DNA of 64,000 bases from Bacillota bacterium (lineage in GTDB: Bacteria > Bacillota > Clostridia > Christensenellales > UBA1431): assembly GCA_049324235.1 (NCBI GenBank), contig JBMOLJ010000017.1, positions 45,701-109,700 on the forward strand, written 5' to 3'. This document shows positions 60,059 through 64,000 of this stretch, piece by piece. The notes beneath the pieces are model-generated. The model was not told where the DNA came from and did no database searches. It saw only the letters and a program-made list of their open reading frames with translations. The position numbers were made by a program, and so were the translations under genes. The stretch's first letter is position 1, and each line of letters starts with the position of its first letter.

Positions 60059-61768
60059 TTATTCAAAGGATTTGACAGGCTCTGTCGTGAATACGAACCG
60101 GACCGAGCCGGTGCAGCCGTCAGGCAATAAGGAAAAATTGTTGTATGCCTCGCCCAAAGCCAGTACCGCGTCCTTTCTCGCGTTTAAATCATCGACGGAC
60201 CCGTTGACGCCCCGGCTGAAATCATGTACGCCCCGGCTGTATTGCTCCATGCCCGATGCAATATCCGCAGCGTTATCAGTCAACGACTGTGAACCCTTGC
60301 TTAAAGCCTCGCCGTTTGAAGCAAGCGTATCCAGACCGCCGGACAGCTTTGCGGCGCCCTTTTTGAGCTGCGCAAGGCCTTCGGAGAGCTGGCTGAGTCC
60401 ATCGGCGATATCCTGCGTGTTTTTGCTGAGCGCGGGAAGCGAATCGAGAAAAGGCGAAAGCGCATCAAGTGAACCCTGCAAGCGGGAAGCGAGAGTCTGC
60501 AGGCCAGATGCCGACGTTTCCAGGCCCGTATGCGCTGCAACGGCGGACTGCAGCGCGGCGACCATGGCCGGGTCCACATTGATGGAGGCGAGCTCCTCGG
60601 GCGATAATGCGGCTAGCGCGTTGCTCAGCGGTTCCAGGCTCGCAAGCAGTTGAGACAGATCATTTAACGATGACGCCAAATCATTAAGCGAATCAATCTG
60701 GCCGGTTGCATCATTCAGATTGGCCGTATCCGTGTTGGCGGTGTTAATGGCCTCGGCCAGCGCCTGTGCGCCATCCTTCAGGCGGGCGCCGCTATCCGAA
60801 ATACCGGCAATACCGTCCGCCAGCTCGGAAAGCTTGTTTTGCAGCGCTTCAATACTGCCGATATATGCCGAAAGGCTCTTGTTGAAATCCGACATGCCGC
60901 TGCTGTAAGCATTCGTCGCATCGCTGATTTTCTTTCCGCCGCTATCTATATCTTTAAGACCGCTTTGCAAGGAATCGAGCGGCTCCATATTCCCGATATC
61001 GTCGGCTGTAAGCATGCCCGGCACAGCCATTGTGGTCATCGCGTCCAATGCGAAATCTTTTACGGTAGCCGTAACCGTAAAATGATCCGAAATGCCCAGC
61101 GCATCGCCATCCATGTTCAGGCTTTCAGATAGTCCGGGCAGCCCGAATCCGGCGACCATAACCGTATCGCCCTGGTCGATGATCTTGCCGTTATCCACGG
61201 TGATGTCCGAAAAGAGATTCGCAGGCAGCTCGATCATGGTGATCATCGTAAAAGGCGTAAACAGTTCTTCCAATGAGCCGTTGATGCGTTTCATGTGGCG
61301 GTCGAAGTTCGTAAACTTAGCGCTGATGCTTACCTTGCCGCTTTTGCCCGCAAGATCGCCGGGGGAGATAGCCTTCCCGTCCAGCGTATAGGAAAATATG
61401 CATTCAACGGGCAGCGCATGAAGGCTTGTGCCCTGATAGTATACGTCCTCTCCGCCGGCCTGCCAGGTGATGGCCTCGCCTTTGACAACGGGGTTTATAC
61501 CCGGCGTGATGGATTTAACGCTTTCAAGGTTCGACCTGTCGGCAAGCCTCTCTGCTCCCTTGGGCGTTTTGAGATGTACGCTTACAGTGATGGAATTGAC
61601 TTTTCCGGTTGCGTCCGTATCGGCATAGACCGTCTCGTTCTTCTGCCCGGGCGGAACGGGCTGTGCGCCCAAGGATGCTGTCGCACGGGAACCTGGGGCA
61701 TGCAAAACGAAGGCAAACACTATCGCCAATACAATGAGCATAACGGCAAAAGCTTTTTTCTGATTCAT
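60059..61768 (-). CDS. Signal-anchored extracellular protein with a YhgE/Pip-like N-terminal domain and Leu/Ala/Ser/Gly-rich coiled-coil repeats
   Basis: ATG at 61768, 9 nt after AGGAG. N-terminal anchor AFAVMLIVLAIVFAFVL. The central roughly 250 aa consist of degenerate heptads (..LSELADGIAG.., ..LSQLSEGLAQLKKGAAKLSGGLDTLAS..). There is no C-terminal TM block. Confidence 0.65.
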   Translation of the reverse strand: MNQKKAFAVMLIVLAIVFAFVLHAPGSRATASLGAQPVPPGQKNETVYADTDATGKVNSITVSVHLKTPKGAERLADRSNLESVKSITPGINPVVKGEAITWQAGGEDVYYQGTSLHALPVECIFSYTLDGKAISPGDLAGKSGKVSISAKFTNFDRHMKRINGSLEELFTPFTMITMIELPANLFSDITVDNGKIIDQGDTVMVAGFGLPGLSESLNMDGDALGISDHFTVTATVKDFALDAMTTMAVPGMLTADDIGNMEPLDSLQSGLKDIDSGGKKISDATNAYSSGMSDFNKSLSAYIGSIEALQNKLSELADGIAGISDSGARLKDGAQALAEAINTANTDTANLNDATGQIDSLNDLASSLNDLSQLLASLEPLSNALAALSPEELASINVDPAMVAALQSAVAAHTGLETSASGLQTLASRLQGSLDALSPFLDSLPALSKNTQDIADGLSQLSEGLAQLKKGAAKLSGGLDTLASNGEALSKGSQSLTDNAADIASGMEQYSRGVHDFSRGVNGSVDDLNARKDAVLALGEAYNNFSLLPDGCTGSVRFVFTTEPVKSFE

Positions 61769-61951
61769 GGCAAACAACTCCTAGCTGGCCCCGAAGCCTT
61801 ATCAGCCGGTGTGTTTATTCATCGTAGCATATTTTGTTTTCGAGTTAAACACACTATGTATGGAATTTGGGTATGTTTTTTCATGTTAATACAGGAGTTT
61901 TTGCCACAATCAGTACATTTTTGTTCAAAATTGGTAGGGTTTTCTTTCAAC

Positions 61952-61979
61952 TTGACGCCTAAATAATGGGGTATATATA
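61952..61979 (+). promoter_or_regulatory. Possible htrA promoter
   Basis: TTGACG (61952-57), 16-nt spacer, TATATA (61974-79). Confidence 0.45.
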
Positions 61980-62012
61980 GAAATACAGAAGAAAGAAAGG
62001 AGAAACGGCGTG

Positions 62013-63281
62013 ATGGAGCAGGAGCCAAGAGACTTAATCAAAGAACCGTATACGGGGGGAATGACAGAAAGCCCCGGTCCGGCTACCGGTGCAAATCCCT
62101 ATCAATACAATATAAACGGCGCTTCGGGCGCCACGACTCCGCCGAAAAAAAGGAAGGGAGGGTTTATCGCGCTGGTGATTGCCTGCAGCCTCGCAACAGG
62201 AACGCTTGGCGGTGTTGCGGGTGCGCTCGTTGCAGGGCAACCTGCGCAGACGGTGCAAAGCAGCACAGCGGCAGAAAACAATACAGCATCCAATGACAGT
62301 GCGAATACCAGCCTAGAGGACTCGACGAAAACGGTTGCGGTTGGTGACGGGCAGACGCTTACAGTGGCGCAGATAACGCAGAAGGTCGGGCCGAGCGTGG
62401 TGGCCATTTCAACAAAAAGCCAGGGCGTGACCACGGGGCAGGGCGGATTCAACACCGAACAGGTCACAGGCGCGGGTTCGGGTATTATCATCAGCTCTGA
62501 CGGATATATTGTCACAAACGAGCACGTGGTTTCCGGCGCGTCCTCTATCACAGTCCGCACGCAGGACAGCAAGGAGTACACCGCAAAAGTGGTCGGGTCT
62601 GATTCGCAGACGGATATCGCGCTTTTGAAAATCGAGGCCAACGGGCTGACTGCAGCAACGCTGGGCGATTCCAGCGCGATTAAAGTGGGCGAACTCGCCG
62701 TGGCTATCGGCAATCCGCTGGGGGAACTGGCGAATACGGTGACCGTGGGTATCATCAGCGCGCTGGACAGAGATATTGATATCGACGGACAGACCATGCG
62801 CCTTTTGCAGACCGATGCCGCCATAAACCCGGGGAACTCGGGCGGCGCGCTGATAAACGCGTATGGGCAGGTAATAGGCATAAACACCGCAAAAACATCC
62901 GCTGTTGGCGTTGAGGGGCTGGGGTTCGCCATACCCATCAACGACGCAAAACCGGTCATCGAAGCGTTGAAGACCAAAGGCTATGTCTCGGGAAGGACGA
63001 AGCTGGGCATCTATACGCGCGATATCGATGAGCAGACAGCGTCGATGTATAACATGCCCCAGGGCGTTTACGTCGTATCCGTCGAGCCTTTCAGCGGGGC
63101 GGAAATTGCAGGGATCAAAGCTGGTGACGTCATTACCGGGTTTGACGGACAAACCGTTAAAACAACAGCGCAGATCAACGAAATAAAAAAGAAACACAGC
63201 GTGGGCGATACGGTGAGCTTTACGCTGGTGCGGAACGGTCAAACGATTAACGGAAGCATCAAGCTGGGCGAAGACAAATGA
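62013..63281 (+). CDS. htrA: HtrA/DegP-family trypsin-like serine protease with a PDZ domain
   Basis: Catalytic triad context VTNEHVV / DIALLKI / GNSGGALIN. An N-terminal TM anchor and a C-terminal PDZ domain (GVYVVSVEPFSGAEIAGIKAGDVI). Confidence 0.9.
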   Translation: MEQEPRDLIKEPYTGGMTESPGPATGANPYQYNINGASGATTPPKKRKGGFIALVIACSLATGTLGGVAGALVAGQPAQTVQSSTAAENNTASNDSANTSLEDSTKTVAVGDGQTLTVAQITQKVGPSVVAISTKSQGVTTGQGGFNTEQVTGAGSGIIISSDGYIVTNEHVVSGASSITVRTQDSKEYTAKVVGSDSQTDIALLKIEANGLTAATLGDSSAIKVGELAVAIGNPLGELANTVTVGIISALDRDIDIDGQTMRLLQTDAAINPGNSGGALINAYGQVIGINTAKTSAVGVEGLGFAIPINDAKPVIEALKTKGYVSGRTKLGIYTRDIDEQTASMYNMPQGVYVVSVEPFSGAEIAGIKAGDVITGFDGQTVKTTAQINEIKKKHSVGDTVSFTLVRNGQTINGSIKLGEDK

Positions 63282-63311
63282 TGTGCTCTAAATCGTTTTG
63301 CCATACATAGA

Positions 63312-63345
63312 AACGCCTCCTGCCGCCACAAGCGCAGGAGGCGTT
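63312..63345 (+). terminator. Hairpin after htrA (no clear U-tract)
   Basis: A 12-bp perfect stem aacgcctcctgc-cgccacaagc-gcaggaggcgtt. Confidence 0.5.
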
Positions 63346-63555
63346 CGGCCATTCTGAATACCTCAGGGACGATGTTGTTATCGTTTGCTTTGCACCCGGC
63401 GGCAACTCCCTGAATAGTATAAACTGTGATTGCGAATCCTATGAGGTGCAAAAGAAATGTCCTCACCTGTCAGGGAGGAATAATTTTGATGAATTGGGGC
63501 TTGTAATTCGTAAGATAAAGTGATAAACTTGAGGCAATTCTAGGAGGATGCAGTA

Positions 63556-63681
63556 ATGCTGATCGCTCTGGCCACAATGTTTTTCCTGTTTATTAGCTTT
63601 AGCTACTTTGTTAGCTACGGCTATTACTGGTTTAGCAGGAAAACATCGTTGGCTTTTAGCGGAGGATCGGCTGCACAATAG
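63556..63681 (+). CDS. Candidate 41-codon aromatic-rich leader peptide upstream of DAHP synthase
   Basis: It is not in the supplied track because it is under 60 aa. ATG lies 8 nt after AGGAGG. It translates to MLIALATMFFLFISFSYFVSYGYYWFSRKTSLAFSGGSAAQ; 12 of 41 residues are Phe/Tyr/Trp, with 11 of them in codons 9-26. Confidence 0.45.
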   Translation: MLIALATMFFLFISFSYFVSYGYYWFSRKTSLAFSGGSAAQ

Positions 63682-63701
63682 GTAAAGCTGTTTCGGATAC
63701 C

Positions 63702-63743
63702 AACCGCGAAGGCTCATCGATGTGAGACTTCGCGGTTTTTGTT
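63702..63743 (+). terminator. Intrinsic terminator (attenuator) between the leader ORF and aroF
   Basis: aaccgcgaag (63702-11) pairs with cttcgcggtt (63728-37), with an inner ctc/gag extension, followed by tttgtt. It lies 21 nt after the leader stop and 32 nt before the aroF ATG. Confidence 0.7.
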
Positions 63744-63774
63744 ATGTTTACGGAAAATAAGGAGGGAGAAAGAA

Positions 63775-64000
63775 ATGATCGTGATCATGAAGCCTGAGGC
63801 ATCGGATGAAGAGATTAAACCGATCGTGGAAGAACTGAACGATAAGGGGATGCAGGTACAAATCAACAGAGGGGTGGGATGCACGGTGCTTGGCGTATTG
63901 GGAGACACGCTTTCGATCGACAAGGAGAATATCGAGCTTCGAAAGGGTGTAGAACGCGTGATGCCGGTGCAGGAACCGTATAAGAAAGCGAACAGGAAGT
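63775..64000 (+). CDS. aroF: 3-deoxy-7-phosphoheptulonate (DAHP) synthase, type I-beta with an N-terminal ferredoxin-like regulatory domain; 3'-truncated by the window edge
   Basis: It is absent from the supplied track because the ORF is open at the window end. ATG follows GGAGGGAG. MIVIMKPEASDEEIKPIVEEL...GCTVLGVLGD...VERVMPVQEPYKKANRK parallels the Thermotoga-type DAHPS N-terminus (MIVVLKP...ERTVIGIIGD...VLKPYKLVSR, from memory). Confidence 0.75.
   Translation, partial: MIVIMKPEASDEEIKPIVEELNDKGMQVQINRGVGCTVLGVLGDTLSIDKENIELRKGVERVMPVQEPYKKANRK

Noticed and set aside
59765-60130. Mini-ORFs after the FtsX permease: MKKRLEIRVFIVCFAGTY (59765-59821), MKTCICKNIKTKIILTMALLFFIYCTCFSFTPALA (59856-59963, with an AGAGAGG RBS), and the 98-aa track ORF at 59834-60130.
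   Set aside because: The two short ones look like isolated signal peptides with nothing behind them. The 98-aa ORF has no RBS or motif and runs into the convergent gene. I cannot support any of them without conservation or expression data. They could be remnants of a decayed secreted-protein gene.
1-64000. A scan for rRNA, tRNA, CRISPR arrays, transposases/integrases, IS inverted repeats, prophage genes and toxin-antitoxin pairs.
   Set aside because: I found none. There is no GGTTCGAATCC-type T-arm with cloverleaf context, no regularly spaced direct repeats, and no ORF with DDE, tyrosine-recombinase or serine-recombinase motifs.

Overview
The window looks like chromosome from a Gram-positive, Clostridia-like Firmicute. 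I infer this from GGAGG-type ribosome-binding sites, TTGACA/TATAAT promoters, a perfect CIRCE operator, a T-box leader and the gene content. GC looks roughly 55-60% by eye; I did not compute it. I found about 60 credible protein genes and no rRNA, tRNA, CRISPR array, transposase or integrase.

Housekeeping blocks:
- clpC, cut at the 5' window edge
- pgi
- an argC-argB-argD-argF operon on the minus strand, with an ARG-box-like promoter
- a T-box-controlled archaeal-type proS
- CIRCE-controlled hsp20-htpG
- an hpt-family gene
- a Ca-type P-type ATPase
- rmuC-apbE-NusG_II-Gx transporter-tadA
- a NitT/TauT-type ABC importer next to a Crp/Fnr regulator
- a two-subunit CoA-transferase
- a MacB/FtsX-type ABC exporter
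- htrA
- the start of a DAHP synthase gene, cut at the 3' edge

Unusual content, in my order of interest:
1. 22.3-30.8 kb: a form-IV RuBisCO-like protein sits among three paralogous FGGY sugar kinases and a HAD phosphatase. An identical 24-nt palindromic operator follows two of the promoters, and a YhfZ-type regulator lies next door. No characterised RLP pathway I know has this composition.
2. 32.6-42.4 kb: a ten-gene operon resembling the N-methylglutamate amine-oxidation pathway. It has an APC permease, a glutamine-synthetase-like ligase, a three-part GltB-like synthase, a four-gene HcnABC/LhpBEF-type dehydrogenase and RidA. The dehydrogenase differs from the classical one, and the operon has a terminator-containing leader.
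3. 63.5-63.8 kb: a 41-codon ORF very rich in Phe/Tyr/Trp, with terminator and antiterminator pairing, just upstream of DAHP synthase. This looks like ribosome-mediated attenuation.
4. A two-gene AmmeMemoRadiSam variant.
5. A roughly 480-bp non-coding, strand-asymmetric gap with a minus-strand terminator. It is followed by a cytidylate-kinase-like::PD-(D/E)XK-like fusion gene and an Hpt homolog with Arg at the general-base Asp position.
6. A CoA-transferase beta subunit with SDNG instead of the catalytic SENG motif.
7. A compact cluster of perfect hairpins at 19.67-19.81 kb.

All functional calls come from reading motifs in the translated ORFs. I ran no database search.
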